In this document: piece by piece, positions 11,791 to 24,529 of the stretch | How the letters are laid out: the number at the start of each line of letters is the position of its first letter | Position numbering within the stretch: the first letter of the stretch is position 1 | Assembly: GCA_951406725.2 (NCBI GenBank) | Contig: OX597820.1 | Location: 103,850,001 to 103,914,000 of the forward strand | DNA: 64,000 bases | From: Octopus vulgaris | Lineage: Eukaryota | Reading direction: 5' to 3' | Notes under the pieces: generated by a model | Told to the model about the DNA's origin: nothing | Seen by the model: the letters and a program-made list of their open reading frames with translations, nothing else | Database searches by the model: none | Position numbers and translations under genes: made by a program

Positions 11791-14179
11791 ACATGTATAT
11801 ATATTTATACGTGTGTATGTATATATATATATATATGTATATACATATGTGTGTGTATATATATATATATATGTGTGTGTGTAAGGCTTGGTTCCTTAAC
11901 TTTGCAGATAGATACAAGTACAGATTAGAGATCAGTTTACTATTCTTCTTCTCTTAAGTATTGAAACCAAAACCCTTGTACACTGTCTTTCCATGCTCAC
12001 AAAACAAACCATTAATGTATATAAATGGCTTGATAGCAAAAATGAAACATACTCCAATTACAAGTAGCTGTATGTATGTGGGAACTCACATTCATATTAG
12101 ATATAAACTAAACATCTCTACCTGATAATAAGTTATAATTAAAATTCATAGGTAACCATATTGTTTGGCTAAATCTTTATCCATCTGAACCTTCAGCATG
12201 TTTTTAAATGGTTCTGGTTATCATATTGCTTATAATAGATTATGACAGTTAAGCAATCTGGAAAATGCACAAGATATAGTTTGAATCTTTTTTGTACCAA
12301 ATTCAAATATTCTCTATCCTTAAAGAATAGCTATAAAAAAATTATAAAAATTTTGGTATAGACAATTTTTGCCTCTCTCTCTCTCTCTATATATATATAT
12401 TTGCATTATATCAAAAAGTTTCCAAACTGCATATTAATTATTTGGGTACCTGTTTATTGCATATAAGTGCTTATCATTATTATAATTATTATTAGGGTGG
12501 TGAGCTGGCAGAATCATTAGCATGCCAGACAAAATACTTAGCATTTTGCCTGACTTTATACTCTGAGTTCAAATTCCACTTAGGTCGACTTAGTCTTTCA
12601 TCCTTTCAAGCTAGATAAAACACTGGGGTTGATTACATCGATCTCCCCCTCCCTCAAACTTGCTGGCCTTGTGCCAAAATTTGAAACCATTATTACCATT
12701 ATTATTATCATTAACAATACTGCACTACCAATATTACATCTCTGGAATACCTGCTGTTGCATTCTGTATAATAATGTCTGTTAATTCTACTCCAAGGCTC
12801 TTTAGGTTTTGTGTAAGAAAAACGGATTTTTTCCTTATATTAGAATATGAAGGTATTGTAAGTAATATATTTATCGTATAGCTATCCAAATGAGCTCTAT
12901 ATCAAATGTGTGTATATCATATATATACCTATAGAGACATACATGTATACATACATATATATGTGTATAGTAAAATAAAGAAAAAGATCAAAAGACTTAG
13001 ATCAAAAATTAAATACTTCTCTTCAAACAGAATTAGATAAATAGCATTTTGATTTTGAAAGGGTTTAAATAAATATATTTTCCCTATAATCAAATTCCAA
13101 TACATCTCATTTCACAGTTAATACATCTTAAGTAATAAAGTGATTTTTGAAATTAGTGGAACTTCTTAATTTCTAATTTCTCTTTTTTGTTTAATCCTAA
13201 TTTTTCTATTTGGAGTGGTATTATATTTTTTGCACAAATTCTTACCATTATTATCATTTTTTTCTTGTTGCTGTTGGGTTTTTTTTTTTGCCTTTATTTG
13301 CTTTTTCTTCTCCTTTTCTTCTACTGTTGTTGCTGTTGCTCCTGCTATTAATTTTTACCCTATCATATTCTCTTCAAAGCATTTAATATTTGTTTACATC
13401 AATACTTTGAAGAAGTAACTTTTACATGAAATAAAACAAAACTTTTCTGTCATTACATAAATGTATATTTTAATACTTATATTTTAATAAATAATTCATC
13501 AATATGCATTTATATCACTCTTTTATTCTTTTATTGATTTGATGAGGATTGGATTATGGCTAGCATGCTGGCTGGTGGGTGGACGAGCAATTCTGGAACT
13601 GCCTTGAAGTGTTTTAAGTTGATCATATTGTTGCCCTCCTCTACACCTATGCACACACTTTCAACCTGCTTAAAAACTGTCACATCCTTGGCCCTCCACA
13701 CTTCCTTTACAACTCCCTCATTTATTCTCCATCATCTTTATTGTCTTTCTTCCCTCACTGCCTTTCAAAATATTCTGGACATATTAAGCTACAAAATTTT
13801 GAATGTTTCTCAAATAAAAACCAATGCAAAATGGAAGCTCTTCTGCTGCTGAGAAGAAAATTCTCTTAAATTCTTTTCTACCTTCAAACAACACTGTGTG
13901 CTTCTTAGCTTCATGTAAATTTCTCCTTTTTCTCTTACTTTATATCTATCTGTTTGTTTTGTGATCATGAAGTCTTCTGTTCAATTCCATTCCAGACATT
14001 TTAGACTAGTTTTTGTTCCCCATAGTCTCAGTTCATCTCAAGCCTTATAATTGAAATTGGGAACTAGTTGAATGGAAACTGTACAAGCCTGTTGATGGAT
14101 TGTTGTGGACTTTCCAGCCATAAGTGAGAAATGAGGGTTTTGCAATCCATCAGGGATAATTGCTGAGACACTTAAATAA

Positions 14180-14525
14180 TTGATGAGTTAAAATACATGA
14201 TAGTTACACAAATACTTAATCAAGTAATAGAGGAAGGTATCATACCAAAGAGTGACATAGCAGTCTCATTATAAACTGCTATGAGGCCAAAATATATGCT
14301 ATACAGAGAGGAAATTATAGAATATATGAAATGCAGTTTAGTCTTGTGCACAGAAAGGGTACCATAAATGCAAACTTCCTCATAGGACAACACCAGGACA
14401 AAGACAAGGCTAAGAGTAAACCATTATATCTGGCTTAAATTGAGTTGGAGAAAGCCTCTGGCATGATAGCATGCTCTGCAATCTGATGGCCAATTAGAAG
14501 ATTAAGCATTGGTGAATGGCTTGTG
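14180..14525 (+). pseudogene. Highly decayed RTE-type RT fragment
   Basis: Remnants of RGNYR, MQFxxVxRKGTxxA and YLAxIELEKA motifs. Confidence 0.45.
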
Positions 14526-14985
14526 AGGGCAATTCAAGCTATGTACATATATTTGTGTGTGTGTATCTATATGTGTGTGTGTGTGTATGTATATGTGTGT
14601 GTATCTGTGTGTCTGTGTGTGTGTGTATGTATATGTGTGTGTATCTGTGTGTCTGTGTGTATCTATATATATATGTGTGTGTGTGTATACATTCATATAT
14701 ATATATATATATATATATAAAAACTTACTTGGAGAAAAGAAACGAAACGACGCGAGGGCACTCAGTCATACAATAGTGTAATAAATAAAATACATGCATA
14801 CATACATACATATATGTACGTACCTACATCTATATGTATATATACATGCATATATATATATGAGTACAGGACACCACAAATAAACGTAGAACACAACGAG
14901 AAGCGAAAACAAAAACAAACTAGGAAACGGACTTTTTTTTAACAACGAAAAAACAGAGTACAAGACAAACAATACAAGGAATATT

Positions 14986-15047
14986 CCCCTTCATCAGCTG
15001 TCCCTGGTTCGACTCAATGCGTGTTTCGAAGGTAAGGACAGAACACG
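14986..15047 (-). ncRNA. Candidate hammerhead ribozyme with permuted strand order, copy 1
   Basis: CGUGU U CUGUCC uuac CUUC GAA ACACG cauugagucgaaccag GGACAG CUGAUGA A GGGG. Confidence 0.55.
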
Positions 15048-15577
15048 ATCCGGTCGAAGCAATCCTTCCTGCAAAAGAATTAAATAAAATTCTTTTGCAG
15101 AGGGGTAAAACAAGGAAAGAAAAAAATGTGACAAGAACAGGACGTAAAAGCAATACAAATAAAAATACAGTACACATAAAGAATAAAAACAGGACAATGA
15201 AACCAACATTGAGGGCTTTTTTTTAAGCCAAGACGATGGAAAAATTCGGAGCGCAAGAAAAAAAGTCGATGTTGACTTGTAGAAAGCTGCGAGCAAAAGA
15301 ACGTTGGTAGTGCACTCAGCAGTGAGAGAGATGAGGGGGAGTGAGAGATGAGGGGGAGTGAGAGGAGAGATAGAGAGGAAAGGAAACCAGAAAGGGTGAA
15401 AAATAAGGAGAGAGACAGGTAAAGAGGAAGACAGTCAGGAAGGAAGGAAAGGTCAAGTAAAGGGTTACAGAGTTCGTGTCATAATTATATATAAAAACTT
15501 ACTTCGAGAAAAGAAACGAAACGACGCGATAAAATATATGTATACATACATATATGTACATATATATATATATATAT

Positions 15578-15910
15578 GAGAGAGAAGATGCCCTTCGGTC
15601 ATAAATGACCATGAAATTGCACCTAGTAAGTTACCCTCTGAGACACAAGTCCAGGCAAGTTTGTTTGTAGAAGGCCAACAGTTGCCCATGCATACCTGCC
15701 TCCCTCTCCACACCACTGATGTGATCCAAGGAAAAGGCAAAGGCCGATACAGCTTGGCACCAGTGATGTCGCAACTCTTTTCTACAACTGAGTTACCTGG
15801 AGCAACGTGAAATTTAGTGTCTTGCTCAAGAACACACCATACAGCCCGATCTGGGAATCGAACTCACAATCTCACGATCATAACCTCGACGCTCTAACCA
15901 CTGAGCCATG
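15578..15910 (-). mobile_element. tRNA-derived SINE (related heads at about 17120-17410, 38800-39000, 54840-55070)
   Basis: Minus strand A box TGGCTCAGTGGTTAGAGC, B box GAGTTCGATTCCC, then GTGTTCTTGAGCAAGACAC. Confidence 0.75.
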
Positions 15911-15968
15911 TGTATTTATATATGTATGTATATATATACGTGTATATATATGTATATATATATATATA

Positions 15969-16016
<48 letters not shown>

Positions 16017-16303
16017 AGCTTAGAGAAGAAGAAGAAACGAAACGAAACGAATAGAATCGACGCGAGGGCGCTCAGTCATACAATAGTGTAATAAATAAAA
16101 TATATGCATACATACAAACATATATGTGCGTACCTACATCTACATGTATATATACATGCATATATAAATATATATACGTGTGTACAGGACACCACAAATA
16201 GACGTAGAACTCAACGAGAAACGAAAAAGTAAAAACAGCATGGAACGGACCATTTTTTTAACAACGAAAAAACAGAGTACAAGACAACTACACAAGGAAA
16301 AAT

Positions 16304-16364
16304 CCCCTTCATCAGCTGTCCCTAGTTCAACTCCAGCGTGTTTCGAAGGTGCGGACAGAACACG
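16304..16364 (-). ncRNA. Candidate hammerhead ribozyme with permuted strand order, copy 2
   Basis: CGUGU U CUGUCC gcac CUUC GAA ACACG cuggaguugaacuag GGACAG CUGAUGA A GGGG. Differs from copy 1 only in the linkers. Confidence 0.55.
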
Positions 16365-16629
16365 TCTCGTCGAACGAATCCTTCCTGCGAAAGAATTAAA
16401 TAAAATTCCTTTGAAGAGAGGTAAAAACAAGGAAAAAAATGTGACAAAAACAGGACGTAAAAACAATACAATTAAAAACAAATACAAAATAAAAATACAA
16501 CCATCCTCCAACCATGAGTCTGCTGCCCTAACCACTGAGCCATTGCGCCTCTACTTATATATAAACATATGTGTGTGTGTGTGTGTATGTATATATGTAT
16601 ATACATATATGTGTATACATGTATATACA

Positions 16630-16670
<41 letters not shown>

Positions 16671-17079
16671 ATATATATATATATATATAACGGGAAGGTT
16701 TACAAAAATAAACAAAAGACGAAGGCAGGTGGAGTACAAACAAACAAATGTATTAGTATAGCGCTCAGGAATAGAAACAGAAAAAGTATTTTACGTTTCG
16801 AGCCTACGCTCTTCGACAGAAAGATACGCAGAAAAAAATAAGGAGAGAAAAAAATGCGTGCAGGAGCTAACGATCTATCATGATGTCCTGACTTCGGACA
16901 GTGGTCAGACACGAGAAGGACAGTAGGGGAAATAACAGGGCCAAGTGACTTCCAAAACGAAGGTGCCCCCAACACAAAGGTGCGTGTGTGTATAAGAGAG
17001 TATGTATGTGCGTGTGAAAGAGGGCTGGTGGTCTGGACGTGTGTGTGGGTGTGGAGATGTAAGGATGGGTGTGTGGGTG

Positions 17080-17119
<40 letters not shown>

Positions 17120-17423
17120 ATATAAAAAAACCGTCTCCCTTTTCAAGCCTAGCCAGGCTCATGAGCCCGGTTTCCTGTTTTTTGTGGCGTATGTGTTCCC
17201 CACAGCTGGTCGGGACACTAGTCCATCGTAGCATTACTTAAGAAACAGGAAGAGTGAAAGTTGTGGCGAAAGAGTACACAGGGGTCGCCACCACCCCCTG
17301 CCGGAGCCTCATGGAGCTTTTGGGTGTTATCGCTCAATAAACACACACAACGAAACCGCGATCCTCCGACCATGAGTCTCTGCCCTAACCACAGAGCCAT
17401 TGCGCCTCTACTTATATATAAAC

Positions 17424-17467
<44 letters not shown>

Positions 17468-17599
17468 ATATACATATATACACATATATGTGTGCATGTG
17501 TGTGTATATATATATATATACATATACACATATATATATGTGTATATACATATACACACACATATATATATGTATATACATATATACATGCATATATAT

Positions 17600-18430
17600 T
17601 GTTACGGACCACCTGCCGTCGTCCGGTCGATCAGGAAAGTTCGCCACGGAAACTCGGAGAGGAGAGAGAGATAACGACAACAACAGCAGCAGCAGAGAGA
17701 AGAGACACTGAGACACAGCGGAAGGCAAGGCAATTGGCTACGTTTAACAACTAGTTTATATGACTATTACAATTGTTACAACATCAAGATACATCAAAGC
17801 ATTTAAGGCAAACATTTAAAGGAGGACATGCACGTGACTACTCAATATAACAGTCCGGTAACGACACAACAAGTCATATATATATCAGCAACAGTTCAAA
17901 GCATTTAAAGAAAACATGCATGTAACAATATAACAATGTTCATTGACAAGCGAGTTCAGATCAAATAATGTTCACGATGCGTTACGGTCCAATCAGAACA
18001 GTTCGATACATTACATAATGTTCGTATCACAACAATTCACGTTACAGTTCAATGTTCATTATCGACTATATCAAAGTCCTCCTTTTTTTTCTCTCTCTTT
18101 CTTCTTTCTCTTTTTTTTCTTTTACAGTCTCTTTACATCGTAACGCATATCAATACATAATTAAATACAAACAAAACTTTACCGGACGTTCCTTTTCCGT
18201 CTGCAACAATTTCAGACAATTACTACTGTGATTGCCAAGCCCTCTCGCTGCAGTCTCTTAATTCCTTAACCTTCCCTGTCTTTCATCTGTCACAGCAGAA
18301 AACAACCTGTTACTTGCTCTGTCTTCGCCTGACTCGTCTCTAGCAGAGTTTCCGGCCAACTGTGTGTACAGCTCAAGGTTCTTCCTTTTTAAGCGGTGCT
18401 TAGAGCGAACTTTGGTTCACCTGAAAGGGG
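17600..18430 (-). mobile_element. Probable truncated LTR
   Basis: Begins TGTTAC at a microsatellite boundary, non-coding, ends at the RTE remnant. The second terminus and TSD were not found. Confidence 0.35.
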
Positions 18431-19700
18431 TCGTAGTTCCAAACAGAACCAATTAATCCACCTGAATCTGACAGGACAATGGATATATTCCAAATGTGGG
18501 TCGCCGTCTCTGTCCTCAAGCTGAACTCGCAACAATATTTACAAATCTTAAAGATATTGTTGGGAGATGGAAAGAACATTTTGATGAGTTGATCAATAGA
18601 CCCACTGAAGTTGATCTCTCTTTTTTTTGATAATATACCTGAGAGACCAATAAAACATCTCATAGCAGAAATTCCAGACCTGGCTGAAATAAAAGCAACA
18701 ATCAGGAAATTGATCAATGGAAAGGCTCCTTGTATGGATGGACTTGGTGCAGAGATATATAAATATAGTAGTATCATCTTTGTGCAATGTTGACGGATGT
18801 GATTCAGAGGGTTTGGCAAAGTGAAGAGGTTCCTCCTGATTGGCCTGATGCAACTATGGAGATACAATATAAATCTAAAGGTGGATAGGATGTCTGTGAT
18901 AATTATCACGACATCTTTATGTTAGCTGTTGCTGGAAAGGTCCTCTGTAGTGTGATGCTGGATAGATTGCTTCTGCACATAGCTTATGAAGTTCTACCAG
19001 AATTGCAATATGGGTTTAAGGATAGTAGGAGTACTGTGGATATGATATTTTCAGCTAGATAGTTGCAAGAGAAGTGCGTTGAACAGGATATGGACTTACA
19101 CCAGGTTTTCATTGACCTAACAAAAGCATTTGATTTTACCAATAGAATTGCACTTTGTGAGATCCTAGAAAAGCTAGGATGCCCTGCAAAATTTGTGAGA
19201 ATGCTTAGACAATTTCATGACAAGATGGAAGAGAGTTAATGTTGGAGGTACATTATATCTAATTTCTGCAGAAAATGGTGTAAAGCAAGGTGAAAGTTTT
19301 GCTCCTACACTGTATATTTCGCAATAGTCTTTCAATTAGCTTTTAAAGATTGCCCTGAAGGGGTCTATATAAGATACAGGACAACAGGAAAACTGTTCAA
19401 TCTCAAAAGACTCTGTGTCAAAGCGAAAGTTCTGCATTCTCACCTTATTGAGTTACTGTATGGCAGAATGTGATTTCTGCAGCATGTGCAGCATTGGGTC
19501 TAACAATCAATCTAAAAAACTGTTATAATGTAGCAGCCTGCTCCCTACAAGATGTATATGGAACCTTTTATAACTGTGAATGGTCAAAGGATGGAAACTG
19601 TACCTAGATTTATTTATTTAGGAAGTACTTTGCGCACTACTGATGAAATTTCATACAGAATCAGCAGGGCTAGTAGTACTTTTGGTAGACTTCATAGGCA
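18430..19700 (+). pseudogene. Decayed RTE-clade LINE (RT domain)
   Basis: IRKLINGKAPCMDGLGAEIYK, QYGF..RSTVDMIFSAR.LQEKC, FIDLTKAFD, FIYLGS, with many stops and frameshifts. Confidence 0.85.
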
Positions 19701-19899
19701 GTCAAAATGGAAAGGATGCAAGATGACAGGCTCAAAGACAGTCAAAATGGAAAGGAGAACCATAGATGCATGCATGCATGCATGCATACTGACATACATA
19801 CATGCAAACATACAAACATACATACATACATAGATAGATACATACGTACTTACTTGCTTACTTTACTTTACCTTACCTTACCTTACTTTACTTTCCTAC

Positions 19900-20860
19900 A
19901 TTTTTTTTAACTTTTATTTTTTTTAATTTTATTTATTAATAAAAAAATTAAATTAAAAGTAAAATAAAATAAAATAAAAAATAAATATTTTATTATTTTT
20001 AATTTTTTCATTTATCTATTTTTTTCATTTTATTGTTTTATTTTATTTTTTTATTCTATTTTTATTTTATTTTATTTTTTATTTTTATTTTCATTTTATT
20101 TTATTTTATTTTTTTATTTCGTTTTATTTTAATTTATAATTTTTTTTTTTATCATTTCATTTTATTTAATTTTATTTTATTTTTATTTCATTTTATTTCA
20201 TTTTATTTCATTTTATTTTATTTTATATTTTTTATATATCTTTTTATATTTTTTTAATTTTATTTTATTATTTTTATGTTTTTATTTTTTTTATTATATT
20301 TTATTTTTTATTTTATTTTATTTTATTTTAATTTACAATTTTATTTTTTTTGTTTTATTTTTTATTCTTAATTTATTATTTTTTTTTATTATTATTTATT
20401 ATTTTTATTTTTTGTTTTTATTTATTTTAATTTAATTTTATTTCATTTTTATTATTTTTTATTGTATTGTTTTTATTTTATTTTCATGTTATTGTTTTTA
20501 TTTTATTTTCATTCACTTTTATTTTTTTAATTTTATTTATTAATAAAAGATAAAATAAAATAAAATAAAATAATACAAAAATAAAATAAAATGAAATAAA
20601 ATTGCCAATCTACGGCAATCTCCGGCAAACTCCGCCAATCTCCGACAAACAAATTAAAAAAACAAATTTAAAAATTTTTTGATTTAAAAAATTAATAAAA
20701 GATTAAATAATACAATAAAATTTTTAAATTCAAAAAATAAAATAAAATAAAAATATTTATTTTATTTTTTATTTTATTTTATTTTATTTTTATTTTATTT
20801 TATTTTCTTATTTTTATTTCATTTTATTTTATTTTATTTTTTTTTTTTTTTAATTTTATC
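19900..20860. repeat. Degenerate (TTTTA)n low-complexity tract with local orientation flips
   Basis: Almost pure A/T with switches to (AAAAT)n at about 19935-19985 and 20540-20750. Confidence 0.9.
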
Positions 20861-23160
20861 TCCGGGTATTTCCGCCAATTTCCGCAAATCTCCGCCAATC
20901 TCACTCTCTCCCTCTCTCCCAGCATTATTGGGAAATCTCCCAAAATGCTATTCCGCCTATCTCCGGCAATCTCCGCTTATCTCCGCCAATCTACGCCAAT
21001 CTCCGCCAATCTACGTCAATCTCCGCCTATCTCCGCCTATCTCACGCTATGTCCGCCTATCTCACTCTATCTCCGCCTGTCTCACTCTATCTCCGCCTAT
21101 CTCACTCTATCTCCGCCTATCTCACTATATCTCCGCCTATCTCAATCTACCTCGGCCTATCTCACTCTACCTCGGCCTATCTCACTCTATCTCCGCCTAT
21201 ATCACTCTATCTCACTCTCTCCCAGGTGTTTTAACACCCAGCATTATTGGGAAACCTCCCAAAATGCTATTCTGCCAATCTCCGGCAATCTCCGGCAAAC
21301 TCCGGATTTCTCCGGCAATCTCAAGCAAACTCCGGCAATCTCCGGCAAACTCCGCCAATCTCACTCTATCTCTTCCTATCTCCGCCTATTTCACTCTATC
21401 TCCGCCTATCTCACTCTATTTTCGCATATCTCCGCCTATCACACTCTATCTCCGCCTATCTCCGCCTATCTCACCCTATCTCCGCCTGTCTCACTCTATC
21501 TCCGCCTATCTCACTCTATCTCACCTCTCCCAGGTGTTTTAACACCCAGCATTATTGGGAAACCTCCCAAAATGCTATTCCGCCAATCTCCGGCAATCTC
21601 AAGCAAACTCCTCCAATCTCACTCCATCTCTGCCTATCTCCGCCAATCTCACTCTATCTCCGCCTATCTCACTCCATCTCCGCCTATCTCCGCCTATCTC
21701 CGCCATTCTCCGCCCATCTACGCCAATCTCCGCCAATCTCACTCTCTCCCTCTTTCCCAGGTGTTTTAACACCCAGCATTATTGGGAAATCTCCCAAAAT
21801 GCTATTCCGCCTATCTCCACCAATCTCCGCCAACCTCCTCCCATCTCCGCCTATCTCCGCCTATCTCTGCCTATCTCACTCCATCTCCGCCTATCTCAAT
21901 CTATCTCCGCCTATCTCACTCTATCTCTGCCTATCGCAATCTATATCCGGTTATCTCAATTTATCTCCGCCTATCTCACTCTACCACCGCCAATCTCTCT
22001 CTATCTATACCTATCTCACTATATCTCACTCTCCCCAGGTGTTTTAACACCCAGCATTATTGGGAAATCTCCCAAAATGCTATTCCGGCAATCTCCGGCA
22101 TCTCCGGCAAACTCTGGCAATCTCCCGCAAACTCCAACAAACTCCGGCAATGACCGGCAATCTCTGACTATCTCCGGCTATGTCCGGCTATGTCCGGTTA
22201 TCTCCAGCAATCTCCGGCAATCTCCGACAAACTCCGTCAATCTCCGGCAAACTCCGCCAATCTGCGGCAAACTCGGGAAAACGACACCAATCTCACTCCA
22301 TCTCCACCTATCTTCGCCAATCTCTCCGCCTATCTCACTCTATCTCACTCTCTCCTAGGTGTTTTAACACCCAGGATTATTGGGAAATCTCCCAAAATGC
22401 TATGCCGCCTATCTCCGCGTCTCGCTGCGTATCTCTGACAATCTCCGCCTATGTCCGCAAATTTCCGCCAATCTTTACCCATCGACGCCAATCTCCGCCA
22501 ATCTCACTCTCTCCCTCTTTCTCAGGTGTTTTAACACCCAACAGTGTTGGGATATCTCCCAAAATGCTATTTCGCCTATCTCCGGAAATCTCCGGCAATC
22601 TCCGGCAATCTCCGCCCATCTCCGCCTATCTCCGCCTATCTCCGCCAATCTCCGCCAATCTTCACCTATCTCCGCCCATCTCACTCTATCTCCGCCTATC
22701 GCACTCTATCTCCGCCAATCTCACTCTATCTCACTCTCTCCCAGGTGTTTTAACACCGAGCATTATTGGGAAATCTTCCAAAATGCTATTCCTTCATCTC
22801 CGGCTATCTCCGGCTATCTCGGTCAACCTCCGACTATCTCGGTCAATCTCCGGCTATCTCGGTCAATCTCGGTCAATCTCAGTCAATCTCCGGTTATCTC
22901 CGGCAATCTCCGGATATCTCCGGCTATCTCCGGTAAACTCCGACAATCTCCGGCAAACTCCGGCGATCTCCGGCAAACTCTGGCAATTTCCGGCAAACTC
23001 CGGAAATCTCCGGCAGACTCCGGAAATCTCCGGCAAACTCCTGCAATCTCCAGCAATCTACGGCAAACTCCGCCGATCTCTGGCAATCTACTGCAAACTC
23101 CGCCAATCTCTAGCAAACTCTGGCAAACTCCGCCAATCCAACTCTATCCCCACCTATCTT
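20860..23160. repeat. 10-bp satellite with higher-order units marked by a double-hairpin cassette of about 50 bp
   Basis: Monomers ATCTCCGCCT / ATCTCACTCT / ATCTCCGGCA. The cassette GGTGTTTTAACACC-C-AGCATTATTGGGAAATCTCCCAAAATGCT starts at 21225, 21533, 21760, 22038, 22358, 22525 and 22744, with a partial copy at 20921. Confidence 0.92.
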
Positions 23161-23443
23161 ATATCTTTTTATCACTTACAAATTCAGCAAATTTCTTTAC
23201 AAAGGGAAAACTGGCCATCACTTTTGTGACGTTTCTACGAGCACCAGTACGCAGTTCACAATTAACATCCAAGCACGTTTTAAACTCGGGGCGAAATAAT
23301 TCAATCAAAAAGTTCACTACGTTGACATTTATATGTTATGTCGAAGAAATCAATAAAGACAGCGATAAACATTCAACTGTTAAACAGTTATCGTTTGTTG
23401 CTAATCTATCAATAAAGAGAACAATGAGTAATTATTACTCGTT

Positions 23444-23525
23444 GACGAGGTGGCCGAGTGGTTAAGGCGATGGACTGCTAATCCATTGGGGTCTCCCCGC
23501 GTGAGTTCGAATCTCATCCTCGTCG
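23444..23525 (+). tRNA. tRNA-Ser-GCT: tRNA-Ser(GCT)
   Basis: 82-nt cloverleaf: acceptor GACGAGG/CCTCGTC, anticodon loop CTGCTAA, variable arm GGGG-TCT-CCCC, T loop TTCGAAT, discriminator G, downstream T run. Confidence 0.97.
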
Positions 23526-23766
23526 TTTCCTTTTTCTATTTATTGTTTTTTTATCATTATTTTATTTAAATACTGTAGCCTGCTTAGACATGAAATATTA
23601 GGTAGAGTAACAATAACTAGAAATTACAAACCGCTTTCTACTTTCACTAAAACGACGTAATTGAGGCCACTTAAGAAGTCCCTACAACGGATTTCATTTT
23701 ATGTTTTGCTTGACATTAGTATATCGACATTATTTCAAATTACATTGCATCTGACTTAATTCTTTG

Positions 23767-24170
23767 GATATTTTCGGTTTGAACGGCAGTTTTTAACATA
23801 ATTTCTAGGTAACTAAAAAATTTTAAATTTCATATACTGGTAGAATGTGTTTATAAGACATCTTTTTCTCTTGGCTTTATTGAGAAAATTCTATAGTTTG
23901 TAAGATATTTGTTTTTTTTCTTCAATTTCTGCAATTTCAACCAATTAATGACGTCTATTGAGGTGAAAACATTCTGTGCCGTATGAATATGGCCCTAGTT
24001 TAAGAAACAGATTGGGTTTATTTACATTTGTGAAGAAAAAAGATATCCTTCCCCCCACCCCTAACCCTAAAACAGATTGAAATGCAATAGATCGATACTA
24101 GGGTTATAATTATGGGTGACAATTTCATATGACACCGCTAGGAAAAACTGCCGTTCAAACCGAAAAGATC
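23767..24170. mobile_element. MITE with TIRs of about 28 bp and an internal CCCTAA motif (copies at 32629-33054 and, truncated and inverted, 28383-28737)
   Basis: GGAT(C/A)TTTTCGGTTTGAACGGCAGTTTTT ... AAAAACTGCCGTTCAAACCGAAAAGATC. Confidence 0.85.
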
Positions 24171-24310
24171 TAAAAATTGTGCACAATGAAAATTTCAGCA
24201 CAGACTCATAGTACAAATTAAAGAGAACATTGTCAGCGATGCTGGTTCAATTCACAGAATAAACATTTTGTTTCACTTAAGTATTAATTTTGATATTTCT
24301 AACTGTAGAG

Positions 24311-24529
24311 CAGAGATTTTCAAACTTTTTGCTGGAGCGGAACCCCAAGGAAGCATTCCACTGGCTCGAGGAACCCCTGTGCAATAATTTAATAGTCTTA
24401 TGCACACATATCTGCACAGGAGAATTAAAAATTACTGCCGATTTTAGCAGTTTTGTAACTTCTTGCGGAACCCCTGGACTGTACTGGCGGAACCCTAAGG
24501 TTCCGCGGAACACTGGTTGAAAACCACTG
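24311..24529. mobile_element. hAT-type MITE (duplicate at 33194-33412)
   Basis: TIR CAG(T/A)GATTTTCAAAC / GGTTGAAAACCACTG with the 8-bp TSD CTGTAGAG on both sides. Confidence 0.9.

Larger units (their letters stand above)
14720..16500 (-). mobile_element. Two direct repeats of about 450 bp (about 14740-15190 and 16035-16500), PLE pLTR/retrozyme-like
   Basis: Colinear similarity between the two blocks, a third terminal fragment at about 15492-15530, (TA)n borders. Each block carries a hammerhead-like motif. Confidence 0.7.

Noticed and set aside
15017-16668. Paralogous Lys-rich ORFs (ILPAKELNKI) in the direct repeats
   Set aside because: Frames and starts are not conserved between copies, the composition is A-rich low complexity, and they are antisense to the structured motif.
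20860-23160. CRISPR-like look (palindromic constant repeat with variable spacers)
   Set aside because: The spacers are 120-270 bp of satellite monomers, the context is eukaryotic and there are no cas genes.
20928-23465. Long S/P/L/I-rich ORFs (up to 361 aa) in several frames
   Set aside because: They arise from a stop-poor 10-bp satellite. All three frames are open and there is no domain signal.
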